Both the position numbers and the translations under genes were made by a program. This document shows positions 1-10,971 of a DNA stretch of 50,067 bases, piece after piece (the stretch's first letter is position 1; the number at the start of each line of letters is the position of its first letter). The notes under the pieces are model-generated. The model was not told the DNA's origin. It made no database searches and saw only the letters and a program-made list of their open reading frames with translations. Location: NCBI RefSeq assembly GCF_004010195.1, contig NC_057754.1, positions 3,381,527 through 3,431,593 on the forward strand, in the 5' to 3' direction. The stretch is from Chiloscyllium plagiosum. Taxonomy: Eukaryota.

Positions 1-1197
1 AAACCTACAGACAAACCGACAGAACACCCATGGGATCTTCGATATCAGGGTTCTTAGCAGAGGTAGTAATGCAGAGACTCAAATAAACAGCTCTGCCAAT
101 CCAAACTTTGGGTCCGCTACATGGATGATACCTTTGTCATCACTAAATGAAACAAATTAAAGGAAATCTTCAAGACCATCAATAATACCCTTACTGGCAT
201 AACATTCACTAAAGAGGAGGAAAACAACAACAAACTGCCATTCCTAGATGTCACAGTAGAGCGAACAGCCAATGGGGAAGTTCAAACCAGCGTCTACAGG
301 AAAACAATACATACAGACCAAATATTGAACTACAGAAGCAATCATCCCAACACCCACAAACGAAGCTGCGTTTGAACATTATTTTAATAAGCCGCCACAC
401 CACCACACACTGCAGCACAGAGGAACTATGCAGAGCAGAGGAAAATCACCGACACAGTGTATTCAAAAAGAACGGGTACTCAATGAACACAGTCTGCCAA
501 TTTCTCAGCAACAAACCCAAACAAGCAGACAAAACGCGTCCAGAAACCCTAGCCACTCTCCCCTACATCAAAGACATTTCGGAAATAACTGCCAGACTGC
601 TCTGACCCCTTGGCATCATGGTGGCCCACAAACCCAACAACATACTACAACAGCAGCTAATGAACTTGAAAGACCCTATACAGACAACCAAAACTAATGT
701 CATTTACAAAATACCGTGCAAGGACTGTAACAAACACTACATTGGACAAACAGGCAGAAAACTAGCCACCAGCATACATGAACATCAACTAGCCACAAAA
801 AGACATGACCCACTCTCACTAGTATCCTCACATACAGATGAGGAAGGACACCACTTCGACTGGGACAACACATCTATCCTAGGACAAGCCAAACAGAGAC
901 ATGCGCAAGAATTCTGAGAAGCGTGGCATTCCAACCGGAACTCTATCAACAAACACATTGACTTGGGTCCCATTTATCATCACCTGAGAAAAAGGACCGG
1001 ACATGACATCATCACCATAAATAACATCACCACAGGAAATGACATCACCAGTCCAAGGAAACCTAAACACATAAACAAAAAACCGGGCATACCACCAGTG
1101 CTACATCCGGAGGCTCACTGATGATGTTACCTAGTATGGTGACAAAACATCTGAAAATGAACCTTCCAGCTCAACGAGCAAACCTACCTCCAGAACC
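1..1197 (+). mobile_element. Decayed Penelope-like retroelement, 3' part (RT C-terminal half, GIY-YIG endonuclease, pLTR); truncated by the window start
   Basis: Frameshifted translation gives PMGS..SGFLAEVVM and WVRYMDDTF (RT YxDD, about 108-134). ORF 618-917 reads NVIYKIPCKDCNKHYIGQTGRKLATSIHEHQ (GIY-YIG with CxxC), followed by SINKHIDLGPIY. Multiple stops and frameshifts. Confidence 0.92.
1115..1154 (+). ncRNA. Minimal hammerhead ribozyme motif in the Penelope pLTR, probably inactive
   Basis: tca-CTGATGA-tgttacc tagtat ggtgac-aAAA-c-aTC-tga. Stem I is tca/tga and stem II is gttacc/ggtgac. The expected cGAAAcGTC reads cAAAAcATC. Confidence 0.7.
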
Positions 1198-1831
1198 TTC
1201 AGCTTTTGTTTCAGATTTACAGCATCCGCAGTGTTTTGCTTTGATAAGGCCAAGAAGAGATTCAGTCAAGGTGTTCAAAGCCTTAAGGGAGCTGGGCCAA
1301 GTAGATGGGGGTTTGGAGGGGAGTTAGTAAAGGGTCAGGAAACTGATTTGAAGATGAGGAGAAATGTTTCTCGCGCAGCGAGTGGGTAGAATTTAGGGTG
1401 TGTTAACCCTGGAGAGGCTTTCTGAGAGGGGATGACATAAAAGTGTGTCAGCCGACCTCCTCCTTCACATTAACAAAGGGACTTGGTTAATTATCCACAA
1501 AGCGAGAGGTTAGAGGTGGAAGGGATGTTGGATTGGGTGGGACGCTGCGGCAGCGGTTTGGTAAGATCTAAGTGGCGTCCTTTGTCCTTTATCTCGCAAT
1601 GAATATAGTTGTATTGAGGTCAGTTCATAGAAGGTTCACTAGATCGGTTCCAGAGGTGAGGCTTATGAAGAGTGATTGAGCAGTTTAGGCTTGATTAGTT
1701 TCGAGTTTCGAAGGATGGGGAGACCTAATTGAGGTGTATGAGATGCCAAAGAATATTCAAAGTTTGTGAGAAGATTTGTAGCTCGGGTGCTCGTTGTTGT
1801 GGTTCTGTTCGCCGAGCTGGGAATTTGTGTT

Positions 1832-1871
1832 GCAGACGTTTCACCCCCTGTCTAGGTGACATCCTCAGTGC
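1832..1871 (-). ncRNA. Minimal hammerhead ribozyme motif
   Basis: Minus strand reads gca-CTGAGGA-tgtcacctagacagggggt-GAAA-c-GTC-tgc. The core is intact, stem I is gca/tgc, and the base of stem II is imperfect. Confidence 0.65.
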
Positions 1872-2083
1872 TTGGGAGCCTCCTGTGAAGCGCTTCTGTG
1901 ATCTTTCCTCCGGCATTTGTAGTGGTAATCTGCCTTTTCTGGTTGTCATCAACAGATTCAATCAATAAGCACATCGACCTGGACCCAATATACCAGCTGG
2001 AACTGACAACGGGAAGAGGCAGGTACGAATCACTATAAATGCCGGAGGAAACAACACAGAAGCGCTTCACTGGAGGCTCCCAA

Positions 2084-2123
2084 GCACTGAGGATGTCACC
2101 TAGACAGGGGACGAAATGTCTGC
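2084..2123 (+). ncRNA. Minimal hammerhead ribozyme motif
   Basis: gca-CTGAGGA-tgtcacctagacaggggac-GAAA-t-GTC-tgc. The core is intact, with a C>T change in stem III. Confidence 0.7.
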
Positions 2124-3295
2124 AACACAAATTCCCAGCTCGGCGAACCCAGCCAAAGAATATTCTCAAAGTAGATGTAGAAAGGATATTTCCTCAAGTG
2201 AGGGCAACCTAGAATGAGGGGCTTTATGATAAGAGGGTAGCAGATTTAAAATAGGAGAAATTGCATCTCTCAAAGATTCAGGAATCTGTGGAATTCACTA
2301 CCCCAGAGTGCAGTGGATGTTGGGACATTGATTACATTTAAGAAGGAGATAGATTTTTTTAAAATTAGTAATGGACTAGATGTTTGGGGAGCAGGCAGGA
2401 AAATAGAGTTAGTGCTGAGATGAAATTAGCCATGATCCTGTTGATTGGGCTCGAGGGGGTAAAAAGGCCTACTCCTGCTCCTAGTTTATATGTTCTTGTT
2501 CTCCTGTGCTGTGCAGTGACTCGACAATTCTGTAGGTACTCCTGATGAATTGTGAAAACATCAGGCTTGTGTTGGCCCTCCAATAGGGAGGTGAGACGAA
2601 AGTGTGGGTGTTGTTTGACCAGATCCTGCTCACTTTCCGATTGTAAGTCACATTGGAAAATGCTGTGACCCGAGAGTAGATTGATTCCTGGCAAACAACC
2701 TACTGGGCCCATTTCACAAGATGCCTCAACCTTCCATACCCTAGGACCTTTGTACCCTATCCTTGGAAGTTAAAGCTTGCTCTCGCTCTCCCCCCACTTC
2801 AAGAAACTTCATTGAGCCACCTCTTTGACAGAGCTTTGCTCATCTGTCCTGACCTGTAGGTTCATGTCAAATACAATGGCTGATGACACACGAGGGAAGC
2901 TAAGTTTTGTTGCTGAGGGGTGCTAGACTGATTCAGGGTTTTGTCCCTGCTTTTTATTCACTCAGGGAGTATGGGTGTCACTCGCTAGACCAGCATCTAT
3001 TGCCAGGCTCTAAATGTCCCCTGTAGAAGGTGGGGATGACCTGCCTTCTGGAACCACTGCAGTGTGTGTGCTGTAGGGACACCCACAATAACATTGGGAA
3101 AGGGAGCTCCAGGATCTCGACCCAGCAACACCAAAGGAATGGTGATATATTTCCAAAATGGTGTGTGGCTTGGAGGGAAACTTGCAGGGGATGGCAATTC
3201 CCATGTATCTGCTGCCTTTGACCTTCCTTCCCAGGGGTTGAGAGTTTGATAAGTGTTGTTGAAGGAGCCTTGATAAATTTCTTGAGTGATTCTTT

Positions 3296-3985
3296 GAGAC
3301 CATAAGAAGTCAGAACTGGAACAGGGCATTTGGCTCCTCAAGCTTGCTCCACCTTAGTGGGCCGAAGAGCCTGTTCTGTGCTGTACTTTGCACCACTTAG
3401 TAGGAACGGGGCTGAACTGACATTCCTGCCTTTTCCCCATATGGCTTGATTTCTCTCCTGATCAAGAATCTATCTATATATCTATTTCAGCCTTAAATAT
3501 ACACAAGGACTCTGCCCTTCTGCTCTTTGTGGCAAGGAGTTCCAAAGACTCTGAACCTCCTGAGACGAGAAATTCCTTCTCACCTCCACCTTAAATTGGC
3601 GTCCCTTTCTCAGAGACTCTCTCCCAGGAGGGGAAACATCCTCTCAGCATTTATCCTGTCAAGCCCCTTAAGACTCCTGTATGTTTCCATGAGATCACCC
3701 CTCATTCTTCTCATACCTCTGTTACCTCTAAACTCTGGTGGTAGAGTCCCGACCAGTCTAGCTTTTGTTCATAAGACAGTCCCTTCACACCGGGGATCAT
3801 CGTGGTAAACCTTTTCCAAACTGCCTACTATAAAACGATTTCTTAAATCAGGGACCAACACTGCTCACAGTACTCCAGAAGTGGTCTCCCCAGCACCTTG
3901 TACAATTGCAATAAGACTTCCCTACTCATCTAATCCAATGCCCATGTCATATTCCCATTCTGTTAGCCTATTCCCATTTGCATTC
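3296..3985 (-). mobile_element. Degraded CR1-like LINE 3' fragment
   Basis: Reverse-strand CR1 motifs (gaccataagaag tail, gagatcacccctcattcttct, ctgctcacagtactccag). Boundaries approximate. Confidence 0.6.
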
Positions 3986-4427
3986 TTGTCTAGAATTTAA
4001 CTGGCCCCTAATTTATTCTGAACAATCTTGGAGATAATTTGTCCCATGCTCATTTTTGAAATTATTTCCATATAAAATGGTAACGAGGCCCCATTCACAG
4101 ATTTGTAGGGCCAACGCATCATTCCCATCTCTCCTTTTTGTGCTTCCTTTTTCCTGTAATTTGTCCCTTTAACCACTGTTGTCTCATATTTATATTGTAA
4201 CCTCACCAAATTCCAAATAATTTACAACGCACTGAGAGATTCCAATTAATTCCCACTTCAGAGCAAGTGAATAAATAACCAGTGCACCACTTTCTAATGG
4301 TATGGATAAGGGGAGTAAGGCAGGCCCAGATCCATCAAAAATACCATGCTGCTTCTAGTGGTACGAAGTGAAGACGTGGGAGGGCATCATCTCAGGAGGG
4401 AGGGGTGTGGGGGCTGGAGGGGTTAAA

Positions 4428-5120
4428 AGATGGGGAGGGGCTGACAGAGATGGGGAGGGGGGGNNNNNNNNNNNNNNNNNNNNNNNNNNNNNNNNNNNNN
4501 NNNNNNNNNNNNNNNNNNNNNNNNNNNNNNNNNNNNNNNNNNNNNNNNNNNNNNNNNNNNNNNNNNNNNNNNNNNNNNNNNNNNNNNNNNNNNNNNNNNN
4601 NNNNNNNNNNNNNNNNNNNNNNNNNNNNNNNNNNNNNNNNNNNNNNNNNNNNNNNNNNNNNNNNNNNNNNNNNNNNNNNNNNNNNNNNNNNNNNNNNNNN
4701 NNNNNNNNNNNNNNNNNNNNNNNNNNNNNNNNNNNNNNNNNNNNNNNNNNNNNNNNNNNNNNNNNNNNNNNNNNNNNNNNNNNNNNNNNNNNNNNNNNNN
4801 NNNNNNNNNNNNNNNNNNNNNNNNNNNNNNNNNNNNNNNNNNNNNNNNNNNNNNNNNNNNNNNNNNNNNNNNNNNNNNNNNNNNNNNNNNNNNNNNNNNN
4901 NNNNNNNNNNNNNNNNNNNNNNNNNNNNNNNNNNNNNNNNNNNNNNNNNNNNNNNNNNNNNNNNNNNNNNNNNNNNNNNNNNNNNNNNNNNNNNNNNNNN
5001 NNNNNNNNNNNNNNNTGGGGAGGGGGTGGGGAGGGGGAGGGTCTGACAGATGGGGCGGGGCTGACAGAGATGGGGAGGGGCTGACAGAGATGGGGCGGAG
5101 CTGACAGAGATGGGGAGGGG
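4428..5120. repeat. About 20-bp G-rich minisatellite (agatggggaggggctgacag) flanking an N gap
   Basis: Units are visible on both sides of gap 4464-5015. Confidence 0.8.
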
Positions 5121-5429
5121 TGGCAAGTCAGGATTGTTAATCGTCTTTTTTTTCAAAAAGTACTTTGAGTTGCGGAGCTGAAGTCTGCCCTAAAATCAGC
5201 CATGAACTGGTAGAACAGGCTAGCAGGGCTGAATGGCCTCTAATTCAATCAGTCCCTTTCTATACAGCAGGAGTATGCCTGTCCTATCCTGCCCCGCCGA
5301 GGGAGGTGTGCAATGCTGGCTTTGGGTCACCCACAAAGCTTCCTATTTTAACACCCAGAAAGTGACTGAACAGGCAGGCAGTGGATGCTCTTGGGCGAGG
5401 AGTAGCACCGAAGGGCTGAATGGCCTCCC

Positions 5430-5677
5430 GTCATAAGACGGAATGGTCGAATCCCCGAGTCACATGCGATACCCGGGAACCAATGGCTGAGCAGCCGTCT
5501 TCCCCTTGCGACTTGCTTCCGCATTCGTGAACGTGACGGAGGGGTGGGAATCCCCTTCATTGTTCCGATATATCGCTGCTGCGTCACACAGGGGCTGTAA
5601 TACAACGCATTCTAGGGGGAACCCTACCACCCTTACCCCCTCCTATCACTCCATTCAGCTCCCGGGGGCTGGGCCAG
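5430..5677 (+). promoter_or_regulatory. NUDT22: Probable NUDT22 promoter and non-coding first exon
   Basis: Locally CpG-rich unique sequence with a CCAAT box at 5480-5484 and a consensus donor CAG|GTGAGT at 5677/5678. The first coding exon has an acceptor (tcttcctgttgcag, ending 7637) upstream of its ATG, which implies a 5' UTR exon. The transcription start is unknown. Confidence 0.6.
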
Positions 5678-6245
5678 GTGAGTATTTCACCCTGACTGCA
5701 GCACTAACAGCAAGCTCTGAGTGAATCTCAGGAACTAGCCCTTCCTGAGTAAATTGCCACTAGACTCTTTTCTTTCTCCCCCCCCCCCCCCCCCTCATCT
5801 TGCACCACCTGAAAGTGCAAAGATCTCATTCCTCAGAGGAATCTGCCTTTTGCCCGATGTGTCTGAGAGATGGTGAGCCCTGGTATGGCTCGGACACTCA
5901 ACTGCAAGGCACATCGCCACCTATGCTTAAACTGTGCCCTTCTTTTGCTGGCACCCACCAAGTGGGCACTGGGGTTGAGTTGGAGCACCCCGTGCACCCT
6001 CCCCACCCCATGCAGATTTTCGTTTTCCACTATGCCACCGATGGCCACTGAACCCCTTTGTTCCTCTCCCTTTCACCATTCCAACAGGCAGAGGGCTACT
6101 TCAGAATCAAGGATGGAGTCCAACCCTGTTCCAATGACCAGTACCAGAGAATCGGTCAGTGGAACACTGGATTTCTGTGCCCATCTCTTGCCAGGGAACA
6201 GACCTCTCCCAGGTAAAGCTAAGTAGCTGCAGAGAATTCTCAAAG

Positions 6246-6370
6246 GAGAAAGTGAGGTCTGCAGATGCTGGAGACCAGAGCTGAAAAATGTGGTGCTGGA
6301 AAAACACAGCAGGCCAGGCAGAATCTGAGGAGCAAGAGAATCGACGTTTAGGGCATAAGCCCTTCTTCAG
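6246..6370 (-). mobile_element. Non-autonomous Penelope-related hammerhead element, single arm
   Basis: Direct repeat gaattctcaaag at 6234-6245 and 6371-6382. Minus strand reads CTGAAGA-agggcttatgccc-tAAA-cGTC, so GAAA is mutated. Confidence 0.8.
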
Positions 6371-6615
6371 GAATTCTCAAAGTCAAGGTGTTGCCTGGGT
6401 GGGTTGCAACAGAAAGGGATTAGCCGGATTCCCCCGTCCAGGCCCCACAAAGTGGCCAGATTCTGCATCGGACTTTCACCTCCACCACAAGTGACCCGTG
6501 GGGTAGATAAGGTGAACTGGAGTGGTAAAGATGTGAAGGACCCCTGGAGTGTGAGTGTAAACAGAAGGAGGGCAGGGTGCCGGCCTGCTGGAGGTGTAGT
6601 TCTGCCTGCTATTTA

Positions 6616-7135
6616 TAGAGTCCTACAGCACAGAACAGACCCTTCGCTCCAACCAGTCCATTCAGACCATCATCGCAAACTAAACTAGTCCCACCTGCCT
6701 GCTCCTGGCCCATGTCCCTCCAAACCCTTTCCTATTCATGTACTTATCCAAATGTCTTTTAAACATTGTAATTGTACCTGCATCCACCACTTCCTCTGGC
6801 AGTTCATTTCACACACAAACCACCCTCTGTTTAAAAGAAAATGTATCCCTTTATGTCATTTTAAAATCTTTCTCCTCTTGCCTAAAAATATGCCCCCTTG
6901 TCTTGAAACTCCTCCACTTGTGAGGTATAGATAAGGTGAATGGCAGGTGTCTTTTCCCTAATAATTTTACAAATCTCTATAAGGTCAACTCTGAACTTGC
7001 TACATTCCAGTGAAAAAGTACCAGCCTCTCCTTATGTCTCAAACCCTCCATTTTCATCAACATTCCTGCTAAGTCTCTTCTGAACCTCTCCAGCTTGGTA
7101 ATAGCCTTTGTATAGCAGGGCAATCTGAACTGTCC
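6616..7135 (-). mobile_element. CR1/HER1-like LINE 3' fragment
   Basis: tagagtcctacagcacagaacagacccttcg tail and cctgcatccaccacttcctctggcagttcatt, both shared with other copies in the window. Confidence 0.7.
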
Positions 7136-7346
7136 ACTGAGCACAGAGTGGAAACCGCCAGTCTGTACTTGTCCCCAGGGGTCTTGGAGACTGTGGCTTT
7201 CAATAATTTGCAGAGATTGCTTTGGTGCTTATTGAACATACATTCTGCAGGGGCCATGGGACAGTGTGGCTTAGGCGAATGGGACTGACTGGATTGGTGC
7301 CCAGAGAAGATGGACTGAATGGCCTCTTACCTCACCATAGTCACAT

Positions 7347-7533
7347 CTTGGTCAATTGCGCCTGCAAAATGGTGGCTGTGTAGCCAACAATACCGTGTGC
7401 AATGGCTGTAATCACTCCTTGACCAATTCTGCCCACAAAATGGTGGCTGTTTTTCCAACAATACCGTGTGCAGTGGCTGTAATCACTCCTTGACCAATTG
7501 TGTCCACAAAATGGTGGCTGTATTGCAAACAAT
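7347..7533. repeat. 71-bp tandem repeat, about 2.6 copies
   Basis: caaaatggtggctgt recurs at 7365, 7436 and 7507. Confidence 0.9.
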
Positions 7534-7673
7534 GCTGCGCCCAGTGGCTTCGCTTCCTTGGCCATGAATTGGGGAATGAAACAGCCTAGGGCCGTGCCAG
7601 TTGCTATATCAATGCATAGTCTGTCTTCCTGTTGCAGTGTTCCCCTCCGGCTCTTCCATCAAAAGGTGCAGGC

Positions 7674-8144
7674 ATGGACCCAGACGTCTCTCTCATGGCC
7701 CACTGCCCGCCCACAGGGGGGCTGACTCAAGAGCAGGTCCAGGTGGAGATTTCGGCTGAGTATAACCGCCAGGTCCTCCACAGCCACGAGCAGAAGATCG
7801 CTGCCATCTGGCAGCAGAGGAAGCAGGAGAAGCCGTGGCTGTTCAACGGAGCCAAGTTCCGCATTCACTCGGCCCAGCTGGAGGGCGGGGAACTGCTGCT
7901 GCTGAGACTGGGCCTGACCTGCTACAAGGACTACCTGGGCACAAACTGGGCGCCCGAGGCCCGGCTCCTGCAGGAGCGGGGCGTGGCAGACTTTGGCGAC
8001 AGCCAGGCCTACCTGGCAGAGCCGCTGGGGGTCGGCGCCATGCTTCACACGGCCGACGACTGCTTTGTGTTCCTGAGGAGGAGCGAGCGGGTTGCTGAGG
8101 CAGCAGCGCAGGTGGACATTCCGGGAGGACACGCAGAACCCAAG
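7674..8144 (+). CDS. NUDT22: NUDT22 (UDP-glucose pyrophosphatase, Nudix hydrolase 22), coding exon 1
   Basis: MDPDVSLM...PWLFNGAKFRIHS...LRLGLTCYKDYLGTNW...YLAEPLGVGAML...FLRRS...DIPGGHAEPK matches the NUDT22 family. ATG at 7674, 157 codons, donor AAG|gtttgt, phase 0. Confidence 0.97.
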
Positions 8145-8210
8145 GTTTGTTCCTCCAAACAAAAAAATCAAAGCAATCGCTGAGGCAGCCACTCAACCCA
8201 ACTGGTCAGT

Positions 8211-8516
8211 GATTAGATTAGATTAGATTACTTACAGTGTGGAAACAGGCCCTTCAGCCCAACAAGCCCACACCGACCTGCCGAAACATAACCAACCCAG
8301 ACCCATTCCCCTACATTTACCCCTTCACCTAACACTACGGGACAATTTAGCACGGCCAATTCACCTAACCTGCACATTTTTGGATTGTGGGAGGAAACCG
8401 GAGCACACCCACGCAGACACAGGGAGAATGTGCAAACTCCACACAGACAGTCACCTGAGGTGGGAGTTGAACCCGGGTCTCTGGCGCTGTGAGGCAGCAG
8501 TGCTAACCACCGTGCC
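8211..8516 (-). mobile_element. HE1-like tRNA-derived V-SINE
   Basis: Reverse complement of ggcacggtggttagcactgctgcctcacagcgccagagacccgggttcaa (A/B boxes), V-domain core and (tctaa)n tail. Confidence 0.9.
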
Positions 8517-9286
8517 ATTGGTTTCCTCCCGTTCTATCTACATCACCTCTGCCTTTCAACACCCCCTTTTGGAAAGTGCTCCTTACTCAAGTCATCGCCC
8601 TGCCTCCTCTCCTTCATGGGAGGGCGGTGGTGCACCCAGGAGACCATTCAGCCTGAAATTCCGAAAGATTTTGATCAAGCGCTCTCAGAGAAGAGGCAGT
8701 TGAAAACAATAAGGGGTTTTTGACAGGGTAGAGAGGGGAAACTGTTCGCAGTGGCAGGAGGGTTGGGAGTGAGGGGGACACAGATTGAAAGCAGTTCACA
8801 CACGACGGAGAGGGGGAGATGGTTTAACACAGTGGCGTTCCGCGGTGTGGGAGGTGCTGTTTGTAAAGGGCGGCGAAGCACATTCAATTGGAAGTCGAGC
8901 TGGATAAATACTGGGAAAGATTACATTTGCAGCACAGTTGGGGAAGATCGAGGGAAAGTCGGTGCATATGAATGAGGGGCAGGAGTAGACCACTCAGCCC
9001 CTCTAAAGAGGCTGCTCCATCATTTGATAAGATCATGACAGTGTCATCTATCCACTTATCTGATGAGCCCCTTTATAAAAGCCCCCTGCCCAGGATTGGA
9101 ATCCAGGTCTCCCATGTGACACACAGACGTACTAACCTCTATACCGACACGGGACACATTGGAGAGCTCCTCTAGGACAGGCATGAAGGGGCTGCATGGC
9201 CTCCTCCAGCCTCATATCTTCAGCCATTCATGCCAGCCTCTGCCATCACCTTCAACATGAGCTATCCGCGCTCTCTCTCCTTACAG

Positions 9287-9394
9287 GCAGCCGTGAAAGG
9301 AATTCCGGAAGATTCCATTCAGGTGCAACACTTGTCGGGGGAGCTGGTGGTTCAGGAAATATTTTCCTCCATTCTGGGCGAGATCCGAGATGAG
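9287..9394 (+). CDS. NUDT22: NUDT22 coding exon 2
   Basis: ctctctccttacag|GCA...GAG|gtaaaa, 108 nt, AAVKGIPEDSIQVQHLSGELVVQEIFSSILGEIRDE, phase 0-0. Confidence 0.96.
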
Positions 9395-9735
9395 GTAAAA
9401 ACAGAAGATGCTTTGAACGTCCTCCGATTGGTGGGTGGGGGAGGGGACTCAATGCCGTCAAGCTAACTCCCTCGAGGGCACTGACAATTCCGTGGGGCAC
9501 ACTTTACCTGTTGCCCTCGAGAGCATACTGGCGAGGTAGCACACAGAGGGCAGTCAGGAACTAACCCTGTCGCTGTGAACCCAGAGTCACATGTGAGATC
9601 ATACAGAGAGGTTGACTTCTGTGGAGCAGTGATACGTACAAACATAAGAAATAGGAGCAGGAGTAGGCCATTTAGCCCTTGCCCTGTTATTCAGTAAGAT
9701 CATGGCTGATCTTTTAGTGGACTCAGCTCCATTGT

Positions 9736-10042
9736 GGGCGGCACGGTGGTTAGCACTGCTGCCTCACAGCGCCAGGGCCCCGGGTTCAATTCCCGCCTCA
9801 GGCGACTGACTGTGTGAAGTTTGCACGTTCTCCCCGTGTCTGTGTGGGTTTCCTCCGGGTGCTCCGGTTTCCTCCCACAGTCCAAAGATGTGCAGGTCAG
9901 GTGAATTGGCCATGCTAAATTGCCCCTAGTGTTAGGTAAGGGGTAAATGTAGGGGAATGGGTGGGTTGCGCTTCGGAGGGTCAGTGTGGACTTGTTGGGC
10001 CGAAGGGCCTGTTTCCACGCTGTAAGTAATCTAATCTAATCT
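9736..10042 (+). mobile_element. HE1-like V-SINE, near full length, inserted in a CR1-like fragment
   Basis: gggcggcacggtggttagcactgctgcctcacagcgccagggccccgggttcaattcc...gtaatctaatctaatc. Confidence 0.9.
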
Positions 10043-10971
10043 ACCCGTCCAATCACTGTAACCCTTACTTCCTTTATTCGTCAAAAATCTATCTATCTTT
10101 GCCATCAAATCATTCAACAAGCTGCCTCACTGGGCAGGCGATTCCACTGATTCCCAACCCTGTGGGTGAATAAATTCCTCCTCAACTCAATCCTCCATCT
10201 TGCTCCTCCCATATTTTGAGACTCCGCTTCCTAGTTCTGGTTTCAGTAGAAACACCCTTCCTGCTTCTATCGTATCTATTCCCTTCATAATTTTACATGT
10301 TTCTTTCAAATCCATTCCTCATTCTTGTAAATTCCCATGAACGTAGTCCCAGTCTGTTCAATCTGCCCTCAAAATCGGCACCACACCCTCCCTTCAGCAC
10401 TGAAGCTCAGTTGCAGCAGTGTGTACCATCGACAAGATGCATTGCAGCAACTCATCAAGGCTTCTTGGACAGCACCTTCCAAACTATCTGGAAGGACAAG
10501 GGCAGCAGATCCCTGGGAAACATCACCCCCTGCAAGTCCCCCTCCGAGCCACTCACCATCCTGACTTGGAAATGTAAAGTCGTTTCTCCAGCGTCACTGA
10601 GTCGAAGTCCTTGATGGTGTTCTGACACTACGTGGACTGCCGTGGTACAAGAAGGCAGCTCAGTCCCTCCTCCTCAAGGGGCAATTAGGGATGGGCAATA
10701 AATGCTGGGCCTTGCCAGCCACACTCTCATTCTGTGAATGAATGAAAGAAAGAAAAATATTCATTAATTTCTGTCCTGAAGAGATGTATTCTGATTGTGA
10801 TTGTTATAGCCCCTGGTTCTAGACTCACCACAACAGTGGGTGTCAAGGTCCCACATTGTGTACCTTATCAACCTCCCACCAAAGTCCTGAAAATCTCCAT
10901 TGAATCACTGCTCAATAGAAATCTGACATTTTGCAACATATTCGTATGATCTCACATTTGAGTCTACTCTT

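Larger units (their letters stand above)
1759..2151. mobile_element. Short Penelope-derived insertion with inverted pLTR arms, each carrying a hammerhead motif
   Basis: 14-bp TSD gccaaagaatattc at 1745-1758 and 2152-2165. Inverted arms of about 120 bp (about 1807-1926 and 2030-2148). The spacer encodes SINKHIDLDPIY, like the end of the Penelope ORF at 1-1197. Confidence 0.85.
1250..2500 (+). mobile_element. Degraded CR1-like LINE 3' fragments interrupted by a Penelope-derived insertion
   Basis: CR1-type 3' motifs (ggagacctaattgaggtgtat, tgtggaattcactacccc, aggcctactcctgctcctag tail). Boundaries approximate. Confidence 0.6.

Noticed and set aside
2541..2565. cCTGATGAattgtGAAAacatcagg, hammerhead-like
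   Set aside because: Only 5 nt lie between CTGATGA and GAAA, so stem II cannot form. It folds as a simple hairpin that sequesters the core.
3997..4209. Minus-strand ORF as a possible TRPT1 exon (head-to-head neighbour in human)
   Set aside because: No TRPT1 motifs recognised and no convincing splice sites.
4368..5156. Long ORFs spanning N runs (also 11248-11667 and 21185-22421)
   Set aside because: Artefacts of translating assembly gaps.
7659..8196. Antisense and alternative-frame ORFs over the NUDT22 exon
   Set aside because: Shadow ORFs of GC3-rich coding sequence.
9736..9800. tRNA-like A/B box sequences
   Set aside because: These are SINE heads continuing into the V-SINE body, not tRNA genes.
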